DNA from: Sulfurimonas autotrophica
GTDB lineage: Bacteria > Campylobacterota > Campylobacteria > Campylobacterales > Sulfurimonadaceae
Assembly (NCBI GenBank): GCA_015662405.1
Contig: DQUE01000153.1
Span: 1 to 47,195 of the forward strand
Length of the DNA: 47,195 nucleotides
Reading direction: 5' to 3'
The translations under genes were made by a program, and so were the position numbers. The notes below the pieces were generated by a model. The model did not search any database and had not been told where the DNA came from. It worked only from the letters and a program-made list of their open reading frames with translations. Positions 19,038 through 28,193 of this stretch are shown piece after piece. Each line of letters opens with the position of its first letter. The stretch's first letter is position 1.

Positions 19038-19535
19038 ATGAAAAAAGTGATAACGACGGTTTTTCTTTCATCTTTACTTGCAAGTTCTCTTTTTGCAACA
19101 AATATAGGTGCGATGGGTCTTTATGATGCAGATTTTGCAAGAATGAATCAATATTTTAACTCATTAATTGAATCGCATCTGAGTAGTTCAGCGCTCAATA
19201 ATTTCAGTTATCCAAGAACGGACATTAAAGATGAAAAGGATAAAATAGTCTTACAATTTGATTTAGCAGGTGTAGAAAAGAAAAATATTACACTCTCAAT
19301 CGATGAGAATAAAGTTTTGACCCTTGCAGGTGAGAAGAGAGAGTCTCAAGAAGAAAAATCAAAAAATTATGTTAAAAAAGAGATTTTCTATGGTAAGTTT
19401 AAAAAAGTCATCCAGTTACCAGAAAATATAGATGAAAATAGATTGCAAACAAAATTTGAAAATGGTATTTTAACGCTAACCATTCCTAAAACAGAAGTTA
19501 AAAAAACAAAAGTCAAGTTGATTCCCATAAAATAG
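19038..19535 (+). CDS. Hsp20 protein with N-terminal Sec signal peptide
   Basis: MKKVITTVFLSSLLASSLFA|TN signal; YPRTDI, DLAGVEK, YGKFKKVIQLP, ENGILTLTIPK. Confidence 0.9.
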   Translation: MKKVITTVFLSSLLASSLFATNIGAMGLYDADFARMNQYFNSLIESHLSSSALNNFSYPRTDIKDEKDKIVLQFDLAGVEKKNITLSIDENKVLTLAGEKRESQEEKSKNYVKKEIFYGKFKKVIQLPENIDENRLQTKFENGILTLTIPKTEVKKTKVKLIPIK

Positions 19536-19561
19536 TCAACTTTTTTTGCTAAAATTGCTGT

Positions 19562-20821
19562 ATGGATTCCTATGCAGAAAAATTTACAAACGCAATACAA
19601 AACACATTTTTTCAAAAGCTTCCTCTCCATGAACAAGAGTTTATCCAAGAGAAAGCCTTTGAATATAAATTTTCCCATCAAGAGATAAAACAAATAATCA
19701 ATTTCGCGCGAGATTTGGGGATGTGGGATGAGAGGAGAATCACGACAATCTTTCCTGAGCACCCCCAAAGAAAAGTCGTTTTCTCAAGACTCAAAAAAGC
19801 GTACGAGGACATACGCAACAAGCCAAATTCTTATGAAAATTTCACTCTTAAAAATATTCCCCAAGAACAAAAGTATACTTTTAAGACCGTTGCTAAAGAG
19901 GGGTTTGGTCTAGGGCTCTGTCCAGTAGCAAGTGAAAAGACGCGATGCTGTAACCTTCTAACACTTGATGCAGTTGAAAGCTGTGGATTTGACTGTTCTT
20001 ACTGCTCCATACAGAGCTTTTACAACCAAAACACTATTACCTTTGACAGCAGTTTTGCGGACAAACTGCTAAACCTCCAGCTTGATCCGAATAAAACCTA
20101 TCACATTGGAACCGGTCAATCTTCAGACTCTTTGATGTTTGGCAATCGCGAAGGTGTTTTAGATGCTCTTTTTGAATTTGCAAGAAAAAATCCCAATGTT
20201 ATTTTAGAATTTAAAACAAAATCAGATAATATAAAATATCTTCTCGAAAATAAAATACCAAAAAATATACTCTGTACATGGAGTCTAAATACCCAAACTA
20301 TTATTGACAATGAGGAGCATTTAACCGCTTCGCTTGCCAAACGTATCAATGCAGCTAGAAAAATTGCCGACAAAGGGGTGAAAGTCGGTTTTCATTTTCA
20401 CCCAATAGTAGAGTATGAAGGTTATCTTGATGAATATCAAAAAGTATATGAGGAGCTTATACTAAAATTCTCGCCCAAAGAGGTTGCACTTGTTAGCTTT
20501 GGAACACTCACTTTTATAAAACCGGTTATCAAACAGTTGCGTGAGCGTGAATTTAGAAGTAAAATCACACAAATTCCACATGAAGATGCCAGTGGAAAGA
20601 CATCATATCCAGATGCAACTAAAGTAGAGATGTTCAAACATGCTTATGAGAGTTTTTCACCTTGGCAACATGGCAGTGACAAGGTCTTCTTTTACCTTTG
20701 CATGGAGGAGCATCACATGTGGGCAAAAACATTTGGCTATCAATACAGTACAAACAATGACTTTGAACAGGCTATGCTTGGAGCATACTGTAAAAAAATA
20801 GGTCAAGATTTTTTATTATAG
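19562..20821 (+). CDS. Spore photoproduct lyase-like radical SAM protein
   Basis: CGFDCSYC radical-SAM motif; LEFKTKS, WSLN, E..TASL..RI.AA, VGFHFHPI, YLCME as in the SplB family. Confidence 0.8.
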   Translation: MDSYAEKFTNAIQNTFFQKLPLHEQEFIQEKAFEYKFSHQEIKQIINFARDLGMWDERRITTIFPEHPQRKVVFSRLKKAYEDIRNKPNSYENFTLKNIPQEQKYTFKTVAKEGFGLGLCPVASEKTRCCNLLTLDAVESCGFDCSYCSIQSFYNQNTITFDSSFADKLLNLQLDPNKTYHIGTGQSSDSLMFGNREGVLDALFEFARKNPNVILEFKTKSDNIKYLLENKIPKNILCTWSLNTQTIIDNEEHLTASLAKRINAARKIADKGVKVGFHFHPIVEYEGYLDEYQKVYEELILKFSPKEVALVSFGTLTFIKPVIKQLREREFRSKITQIPHEDASGKTSYPDATKVEMFKHAYESFSPWQHGSDKVFFYLCMEEHHMWAKTFGYQYSTNNDFEQAMLGAYCKKIGQDFLL

Positions 20822-20902
20822 AATTTGTATGCAAGTTAAGGAGCACTATTTTTTATGAAGATATTTTAAAGTATTGGTTTTTGGATCGAAGTTATAAAAT
20901 GG

Positions 20903-20925
20903 AGTAAAGGTACTTACCCTTTACT
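20903..20925. terminator. Hairpin at the convergent junction
   Basis: AGTAAAGG-TACTTAC-CCTTTACT. Confidence 0.4.
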
Positions 20926-21118
20926 GCATTTTGATTACGAAACTATCCTCAGCTTCTTCGACTTTAAATTTATGTTTACCACAAAACTCTTCATTCATAT
21001 GATTTACCATCTCTAATGATTTTGTTAATGCCTCATCTTTTGACTCTACTGCTACATTGTTTTCAAAATCACTTCTTTTGAAACATCCGCACTCTTTTTC
21101 TACTACTATTGTAAACAT
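20921..21118 (-). CDS. Small Cys/His-containing hypothetical protein
   Basis: 65 aa, strong SD AAGGAG; ECGC and FCGKH motifs. Confidence 0.7.
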   Translation of the reverse strand: MFTIVVEKECGCFKRSDFENNVAVESKDEALTKSLEMVNHMNEEFCGKHKFKVEEAEDSFVIKMQ

Positions 21119-21253
21119 ATTACACTCCTTATTGAATTTTTGTGGAATAATATCATGTATAACTTTCTCTAATCTTATTCATAAATATAGATATTATTTT
21201 ATATTTTCATTTAATGCTATAATAACGCTAAATTAACACAACGGAATAACCTT

Positions 21254-22108
21254 ATGGAAAAAACAATCAGTCCTTATTTGGAACTTGGAAAAATAAACAG
21301 ACTTCGCGTCGATAGAGAGACTGCACCTGGTCTTTACCTTATGGCCGAAGATGGCAATGATGTCTTGCTTCCTGGACAATATGTCACAGATACTATGTGT
21401 GAAAATACAATTATAGATGTCTTTGTCTATACAGACTCCCAAGATAGAATTGTCGCAACTACAGATAAACCCCTTGCCATGCTTGATGATTTTGCACTTT
21501 TAGAGGTTGTTGACATCGCTCCTTTTGGTGCTTTTATGAATTGGGGGCTACCAAAGGATCTACTGGTACCAAATATGTTTCAAAAAACTCCTTTTACAAT
21601 AGGTGAAAAAAGGTTTATAAAAATAATCTATGATGAACGAACACATAGACTTGTTGGAACAGAAAAGATTGGTGATTTTTTTGATAGAAGGCCAAAGGGG
21701 TTAGCTACAAACAAAGAAGTGGAAATTGTAATTATTGCTAAAACTCCACTTGGCTTTAAATCTATTGTCAATGGCAAATATGAAGGTCTTATTTATCACA
21801 ATGAAATATTTGAAGAGATAAAATTAGGAGACAAAAGAACTGCCTATGTTAAAACAGTACGTAAAGATGGCAATATCGACCTGACGCTGAGAAAACCCGG
21901 TAGTAAAAATGATGGTTCATCTGCAGAAAAAGTTTTAACACTACTACGACAAAATAAAGGTAGTATGCCTTACAACTATAAAAGTGATGCTACCCTAATC
22001 AAAAATGTATTTGGAATGAGTAAAAAAGAGTTTAAACGTTCTTTAACACAACTTCAAGATGCTCGAAAAATAGAAGTCAAAGAGACTGGTATCTCTCTTA
22101 GATTGTAA
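21254..22108 (+). CDS. CvfB/YitL-family S1-domain RNA-binding protein
   Basis: VFVYTDS.DR..AT, GAF..WGLPKDL, GLIYHNE, FGMSKK.FKR; TGCTATAAT promoter at 21215-21223. Confidence 0.88.
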   Translation: MEKTISPYLELGKINRLRVDRETAPGLYLMAEDGNDVLLPGQYVTDTMCENTIIDVFVYTDSQDRIVATTDKPLAMLDDFALLEVVDIAPFGAFMNWGLPKDLLVPNMFQKTPFTIGEKRFIKIIYDERTHRLVGTEKIGDFFDRRPKGLATNKEVEIVIIAKTPLGFKSIVNGKYEGLIYHNEIFEEIKLGDKRTAYVKTVRKDGNIDLTLRKPGSKNDGSSAEKVLTLLRQNKGSMPYNYKSDATLIKNVFGMSKKEFKRSLTQLQDARKIEVKETGISLRL

Positions 22109-22248
22109 ACAACTAATATAACCATTTGAATGAAGTCTTACACTCATATGGCATCAATTTATTATCAATGGCAGAATGAGATTAAAAACAATTGAAAATA
22201 CCACCCAATAGAAGCAATATTTAAGTATATAGAGAATAAACTTTTCCT

Positions 22249-24240
22249 ATGATAAAGATAGAAGAAAAAGTACTTATTAAAATAATAACTTATCTGCCTC
22301 TTATTTTTATCCCTGTTATAGTGCTTATAGTCTTACTGATGAATATTGCTATTCTCGAATCTAACCATAATATTACAGTAGAAAATTTTACAAAAAATAT
22401 TATGGAAAAAAAAGATGAAATTCTTAAAACAAAAATTGATAGTTTAGTTAATTACATAGAATATCAGAATTCACTGATCGAAAAGACTATCAAGTCAAAT
22501 GTTAAAAATGAAGTTCAAAAAGTATATGTTCTTGCAAGTCAAATATATAAAAATAATAAAAATAAAAAATCTTCTCAAGAGATTCAAGAGCTTATAAAAG
22601 ATGTTGTAGCATCTTTTAATCAGCATAGTAGCGTTAACCATATCCAAATTATTAGCTTTGATGGCACCTTAGTATTGGCTCCTCCCTATATAAAACATCT
22701 TCAAAACAAATCTCTATTAGATTATAAAGATATTATCGGCAAATACCCCATACGTGAAGAGATAGCTCTTGCAAAAAGAGGAGAAGGGTACATACTCGAT
22801 ACATTTGAAATATTTGGAGTACATAAAAACATGCAACAGGTTGTGTATGTAAAGCCTTTTAAACCCTACAACTGGTACTTCAAAGCAACCGCATATTTTG
22901 AAGATAAAAATAAAGACGAGTCCAAAAATATCATTCAGGCTGTAAAAAAGATTGAACAGACAAGTGATGATAATATTTTTGTAATTGACTATGATGGTAA
23001 TATTTTGTTAGATGCAGCAAACCCAGAAATCGAAGGAAAAAACATTTATGACCTTAAGGGTAAAAACTTCTTAGATACCTACTCGAAAATTTTAAAATTT
23101 GTAGCAAATAATAGCAAAGGATTTGTTTCATACAAATGGTTTAACCCAAAAATCAATAAACTTGAATTAAGATCTATGTATATTTCTGAAATAAAAGATA
23201 CTAACTGGATAGTGGGTAGCGGGTATTACAAAAGTGATATTGAAAAAATTGTTACACTTCAAGTCCAAGAGATGGATAAAGAGTATAAAAAGCAATTTAA
23301 CCATCTCATTCAATTTGGAACTATTGCACTTTTACTATTTATACTATTATCTTTCATAATCTCAAGATACATTAAAAACAGTTTTGCAAGCTATAGAGGA
23401 ACAATAGAATTAAAGACAAATGAACTTGTCGACTCAAACAAACAGTTAGAGAGCAAAATAAGAGAACTAAATGATGCACAAAATATGCTAGTCGAATCAG
23501 AAAAACTCGCATCTTTAGGAGCACTAGTTGCTGGGGTTTCGCATGAGATAAATACACCAATTGGTATAGCACTAACAGGTATTTCAAATATAGAGTATGA
23601 GACAAACCTAGTAGATAAGCTTTATAAAGAAGAAGAACTTACAGAAGAGAAGTTGGTAAGTTATATCAAACTTGTTACAAAACTCTCTAAAACAATTCAT
23701 ACTAGTCTATCTAATGCTATTAGATTAATTCAATCTTTTAAAAAAATATCGGTTGATCAGCATTCAGGAGAGAAGAGAATAATTAATTTAAGCAAGTACT
23801 TTGATGAGATTGTTTTAAGTTTAAATAACTCACTAAAACAAAAGAGAGTAGTAGTTTTAAATAATATTGACAAAGATATAGAGCTTGAGACTTATGCAGG
23901 TATATACTCTCAAATCTTTTCAAATTTAATACTCAATACACTCAAGCATGCTTTTAACGAAAAAGAGAGAGATAATATAATCGAGGTGTACACAATAGTT
24001 ACTCAAAATAACCTAGAAATACATTTTAAGGATAATGGAAAAGGTATTGATAAAAATATAAAAAATAAAATATTTGATCCATTTTTTACAACGAAACGAG
24101 GTCAAGGTGGTAGTGGATTAGGACTAAATATTATTCACAATCTCATTCTTAAGAAATTACATGGTACAATAAGCATTGTAGACATTAAAAATGGTTTACA
24201 CATATGTTTTAGTGTGCCTTATACAAAAATGATAGACTAA
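22249..24240 (+). CDS. Sensor histidine kinase with tandem periplasmic Cache domains
   Basis: Two TM helices flanking two sCache-like repeats (..YVKPFKPYNW.., ..WIVGSGYY); H-box GVSHEINTP, N-box NLILN, DNGKG, FDPFFTT, GSGLGL. Confidence 0.9.
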   Translation: MIKIEEKVLIKIITYLPLIFIPVIVLIVLLMNIAILESNHNITVENFTKNIMEKKDEILKTKIDSLVNYIEYQNSLIEKTIKSNVKNEVQKVYVLASQIYKNNKNKKSSQEIQELIKDVVASFNQHSSVNHIQIISFDGTLVLAPPYIKHLQNKSLLDYKDIIGKYPIREEIALAKRGEGYILDTFEIFGVHKNMQQVVYVKPFKPYNWYFKATAYFEDKNKDESKNIIQAVKKIEQTSDDNIFVIDYDGNILLDAANPEIEGKNIYDLKGKNFLDTYSKILKFVANNSKGFVSYKWFNPKINKLELRSMYISEIKDTNWIVGSGYYKSDIEKIVTLQVQEMDKEYKKQFNHLIQFGTIALLLFILLSFIISRYIKNSFASYRGTIELKTNELVDSNKQLESKIRELNDAQNMLVESEKLASLGALVAGVSHEINTPIGIALTGISNIEYETNLVDKLYKEEELTEEKLVSYIKLVTKLSKTIHTSLSNAIRLIQSFKKISVDQHSGEKRIINLSKYFDEIVLSLNNSLKQKRVVVLNNIDKDIELETYAGIYSQIFSNLILNTLKHAFNEKERDNIIEVYTIVTQNNLEIHFKDNGKGIDKNIKNKIFDPFFTTKRGQGGSGLGLNIIHNLILKKLHGTISIVDIKNGLHICFSVPYTKMID

Positions 24241-24256
24241 AAAAGAGAATGAAAAT

Positions 24257-25969
24257 ATGGCTAATTTGAAATTTGCTAAAAATAAAAAAAAGAGAGCCGT
24301 AGAACCTGTAAAACAATTTAAAATTTTAATAGTTGATGATGAAGAGTCAGTACATGAGATTACCGATAGTGCAATTGATTCTATGGACTTTTTAGGCTTT
24401 GCTGTTGAAGTTTTGCATGCTTTGAGTGCGAAAGAAGCTATAAAAATATTAGACGAGGAAGATGATATTGCAATAGCTTTTGTTGATGTTGTGATGGAGA
24501 CGCCAGAGGCTGGGCTTGAACTCATTGACTATATTAGACATGAGCAAAATAATTTAAAAATCCGGTTAATTATCAGAACTGGACAAGCAAATAACTTTTC
24601 ACAAATAGAAATAGTGAAAAAATACGACATTAATGACTTTAAAGAAAAAACAGAACTAACAATCGAGAGACTCTATACAACAATTCGCTCTACAATCAAA
24701 CAGTATGAACAAATAATAGAACTTGATAACAAATATAAAGATACATATAATCAATTAACGACTAACAGATTAACAAAACTCCCAAATAGACTCAAATTGA
24801 TAGAGGATCTCTCAGCACAAAAGAGCAAAACTTTAATACTAATAGATATTGTTAGCTTTAGTTTTATAAATGAGACAAGTGGTTTTGAAGTTGGTGATTA
24901 TATATTAAAAGAGTTTGGAGTTTTTTTGCTTAATATATATGGGGAAGATTTTGATGTTTATCATCTCTATGGTGATGTTTTTGGTTTAGTGCCAAAAACA
25001 GATAATATGATAGGACTTCAAGAGTATGTTCAAAAAATAAAAGAGGATATTGGTAAAATTCATTTTATTACAAACAATTTCAACAAAACTATCGATACAA
25101 CCATAGGTGTAGTACATCAAAGCACTGATAACGTCATAAAAAAAGCAGAGCTTGCGCTGAAAGAAGCGAGAAACAATGGTAAGAATAAGATACAGTTTTA
25201 TAATGGTGATATGAAAATTATTAAACATATACAGCAGGTGAGTTTTTGGGCGCCAATTATCAAAGATGCAATAAAAAACAACAATCTGCTTGCATACACA
25301 CAACCAATCTATGATGCACAAACTCATAAAATACATAAGTATGAGCTCCTTGTAAGACTCAAACATGATGATAAAATATATACGCCATATCATTTTTTAG
25401 AAGCAGCCTCTAGTAGTGGTCAACTTTACCGTATATTTCAGTTTATGTTTGAAGAAGCCTGTAAACTGGCCGCAAAAACAGGCAAGATGTTTAGTGTAAA
25501 TATCGGAGACAGTGATTTGAGTGAACCTGACTTATTTACTTTCATTAGCACAACACTCAAGCACTACAAAGTGGACACATCCCTGCTCACATTAGAAATT
25601 TTAGAGTATAAGAGCATTGGAAATGATAATGATGTAAAAGATACGATAAATAAAATACATGCACTTGGGATTAGTTTTGCCATTGATGATTTCGGCGTTC
25701 AGTGCTCAAACTTTGCTCAAATAAAAAATATTCCGGTTGATACTATTAAGATAGACGGTTCTTTCATTAAAGAGATCAACAGATCAAAAAATAGTTTTAC
25801 TATCGCCAAAACAATCGTTGTTTTTGCTAAAGAGACAGGTATTAAAATTGTCGCAGAATTTGTTTGCAATAAAGAGGTATATGAGGTTGTGAAAAAACTT
25901 GGTATCGATTATGTGCAAGGGTATTACTTTGCTGAACCAACATTAGAACTACTTGAGGAGAAAAAATGA
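24257..25969 (+). CDS. Response regulator: REC + degenerate GGDEF + EAL (probable c-di-GMP phosphodiesterase)
   Basis: IVDDE..FVDVVME..RTGQ receiver; YGDVF in place of GGDEF; ELLVR, DDFG, KIDGSF, AEFV, QGYYF. Confidence 0.88.
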   Translation: MANLKFAKNKKKRAVEPVKQFKILIVDDEESVHEITDSAIDSMDFLGFAVEVLHALSAKEAIKILDEEDDIAIAFVDVVMETPEAGLELIDYIRHEQNNLKIRLIIRTGQANNFSQIEIVKKYDINDFKEKTELTIERLYTTIRSTIKQYEQIIELDNKYKDTYNQLTTNRLTKLPNRLKLIEDLSAQKSKTLILIDIVSFSFINETSGFEVGDYILKEFGVFLLNIYGEDFDVYHLYGDVFGLVPKTDNMIGLQEYVQKIKEDIGKIHFITNNFNKTIDTTIGVVHQSTDNVIKKAELALKEARNNGKNKIQFYNGDMKIIKHIQQVSFWAPIIKDAIKNNNLLAYTQPIYDAQTHKIHKYELLVRLKHDDKIYTPYHFLEAASSSGQLYRIFQFMFEEACKLAAKTGKMFSVNIGDSDLSEPDLFTFISTTLKHYKVDTSLLTLEILEYKSIGNDNDVKDTINKIHALGISFAIDDFGVQCSNFAQIKNIPVDTIKIDGSFIKEINRSKNSFTIAKTIVVFAKETGIKIVAEFVCNKEVYEVVKKLGIDYVQGYYFAEPTLELLEEKK

Positions 25970-27078
25970 AAAACAAATTATTAACTTTTGTATTTACACT
26001 CAGTACTTTATCTTTACATGCATATGATATAAATATAAATGGATTTGTTAATGTTACAGCAGGGAAAAGTGATAACAATGAGACATCAATAGCAGGATAT
26101 GAAAATACTAAAGCTACCTCTCAACGCAGTAATGCTGACTCGGTGAAGTTTCAACCTGACTCTTTAATGGGTCTTCAAATTTCAAGTAGTGTTTCTGATA
26201 ATTTTTCAGCGACACTACAACTCATAGGCAGATATGATAATGATGTTGCAAGAATGGAAGTAGAGTGGGCATATATAACTTACAGTATCGAGCGTTTACA
26301 GGTTCAAGTAGGTCGATATAGACCCGCTATATATATGTATGCAAATACTCAAAATGTTGCACATAGTTACTTGTGGACAAGATTACCTATGGAGGTTTAT
26401 AGTACTGTTCCAATAAGCTATCTAGATGGTATAAATCTTATTTATCATTATGAGTTTAAAAATGAAATAACTTTTGGTGCAAAAGCTTTTTATGGGAATA
26501 GAAAATCCATACAAACTTCCTTAGGAGTTACATATAAAACAATATGTGATGACACCTATGGGACTGAACTCACTTTGAGTAACGACTATATAAATCTGAG
26601 AATGGCCTATGCACATACAACTCTCAGTACAATTTTTGGAACCGCAGTAGTAGATGACATCGATGGTTTAAAGATGGATAACAACAAAGCTGATTTTTAT
26701 AGCTTAGGTTTCAGTATAGACTATAGAGATGTTGTATTTATAGGTGAAATAGTACGCAGAGAACTTGAACCATCTGTAGCAGAAGAGAGAATGGACAGCT
26801 ACTATGTAACACTTGGCTACCATATAGATAAGTTTACCCCATATATTTCTTATGCCTCTCTAAAAGCAAAATTTGCTAACAAGGACAATCCTCAGTTCAA
26901 GCCATTTAAAGGTGAAGAAAATCATCAACAGAGTATAACTACTGGTGCAAGGTATGATATAAACCCGTCAACTGCTTTAAAAGCGGAATGGATGCAAACA
27001 AAACAAGCACATCTTAAAGACAAAGTAAGTGATACTACAACAAACCTCTATACGCTATCACTTAACTTGGTTTTTTAA
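25966..27078 (+). CDS. Outer-membrane porin-like beta-barrel
   Basis: Signal peptide (LHA|), INGF, MGLQ, EWAYITY, GARYDI...ALKAEW, C-terminal LSLNLVF. Confidence 0.8.
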   Translation: MKNKLLTFVFTLSTLSLHAYDININGFVNVTAGKSDNNETSIAGYENTKATSQRSNADSVKFQPDSLMGLQISSSVSDNFSATLQLIGRYDNDVARMEVEWAYITYSIERLQVQVGRYRPAIYMYANTQNVAHSYLWTRLPMEVYSTVPISYLDGINLIYHYEFKNEITFGAKAFYGNRKSIQTSLGVTYKTICDDTYGTELTLSNDYINLRMAYAHTTLSTIFGTAVVDDIDGLKMDNNKADFYSLGFSIDYRDVVFIGEIVRRELEPSVAEERMDSYYVTLGYHIDKFTPYISYASLKAKFANKDNPQFKPFKGEENHQQSITTGARYDINPSTALKAEWMQTKQAHLKDKVSDTTTNLYTLSLNLVF

Positions 27079-27095
27079 GATAAGGGATAATTATT

Positions 27096-27509
27096 ATGAT
27101 TATTAAATATATCCTTTTTTTTACTCTAACACTATCAGGTCTTTATGGAGAAGTAGTTGTTGTGACAAATACTCACTCAAATATCGAAACTTTGGACAAA
27201 CAAAGCGTGCGAAGTATCTTTTTGGGAAAGAAACAGTTTCTCTCTAATGGTCAGAGGATTACTATTGTTGATCAAGAGAGAGATAGTGAAGTTTTTACAC
27301 CATTTTATATCATTGCAACAGGTAAACGCCCTTCTCAACTAAGTAAATATCGTATAAAAAGAATTTTTACAGGTGAGATGAAAACACCTAAAGAAGTATC
27401 TTCCTCGAGTGAATTGATTGATTTTTTAATTAATCACAAAAACAGCATAGGATATCTTAAAAAATCTGAGCTTACTCCAGAGTTAAAAGTGCTTTACACT
27501 TTAGAGTAA
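27096..27509 (+). CDS. Small periplasmic protein, single lobe of a PstS-like (PBP2) fold
   Basis: Signal peptide; VVVVTN..SNIETL....VRSIFLGK...NSIGYL; only 137 aa. Confidence 0.7.
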   Translation: MIIKYILFFTLTLSGLYGEVVVVTNTHSNIETLDKQSVRSIFLGKKQFLSNGQRITIVDQERDSEVFTPFYIIATGKRPSQLSKYRIKRIFTGEMKTPKEVSSSSELIDFLINHKNSIGYLKKSELTPELKVLYTLE

Positions 27510-27616
27510 ATGTTACATGTAACACAACAAACGCTATAATTCCTCTAGTAATTTGGAGAGATTTTATACTTTAATTGCTACAATAGTATTACGAGAAATT
27601 AGAAAAAGGAGTTCCT

Positions 27617-27910
27617 ATGAAAAAATGTAATTCACTACAAGAAGTAAGAGATGAAGTAGATAAAATTGACATACAACTTGTTGAGCTTATATCGCAACGC
27701 AGCCATTTAATACGTCAAGCAGCCGGTTTTAAAGAGAGTGTTGAAGAGGTGAAAGCACAAGAACGAATTGATGATATTATGCAAAAAGTAAGAAAAAAAG
27801 CAATTGAACTTAATGTAAATCCAAACATGATCTCCGATCTTTTTACGATAATGATTGATGAAATGGTAGAAACTGAAATAAGTGAGTTACGAAACGCCGG
27901 AAACTTTTAA
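27617..27910 (+). CDS. Monofunctional chorismate mutase (AroQ/CM_2, PchB-like)
   Basis: SLQEVRDEVDKID.QLVELISQR......AA.FK. Confidence 0.85.
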   Translation: MKKCNSLQEVRDEVDKIDIQLVELISQRSHLIRQAAGFKESVEEVKAQERIDDIMQKVRKKAIELNVNPNMISDLFTIMIDEMVETEISELRNAGNF

Positions 27911-27936
27911 AAAAGAGGTAAATAGTACCTCTTTTT
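27910..27936. terminator. Bidirectional intrinsic terminator
   Basis: AAAAAGAGGTA-AATAG-TACCTCTTTTT between convergent chorismate mutase and infA. Confidence 0.75.
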
Positions 27937-27938
27937 CA

Positions 27939-28157
27939 TCATTTATATCTATAAGTGATACGACCTTTATCTAAAGAATACGGAGTCAACTCAAGTTTCA
28001 CTTTGTCACCTGGAAGTATTTTAATATAATGCATACGCATCTTACCTGCAATATGACACAAAATAATATGTCCATTTTCTAATTCAACACGAAAAGTTGC
28101 GTTAGGCAAAGCCTCTATAATCTTGCCGTCAACTTCAATAACATCTGCTTTAGCCAT
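27939..28157 (-). CDS. infA: Translation initiation factor IF-1
   Basis: [24 protein letters not shown]. Confidence 0.98.
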   Translation of the reverse strand: MAKADVIEVDGKIIEALPNATFRVELENGHIILCHIAGKMRMHYIKILPGDKVKLELTPYSLDKGRITYRYK

Positions 28158-28193
28158 TTTAGTCCTTTATAAAGAAATTTCTTACTTTAACTC

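Noticed and set aside
27096-27509. Phosphate ABC transporter
   Set aside because: Only half the size of PstS, and no pstCAB nearby.
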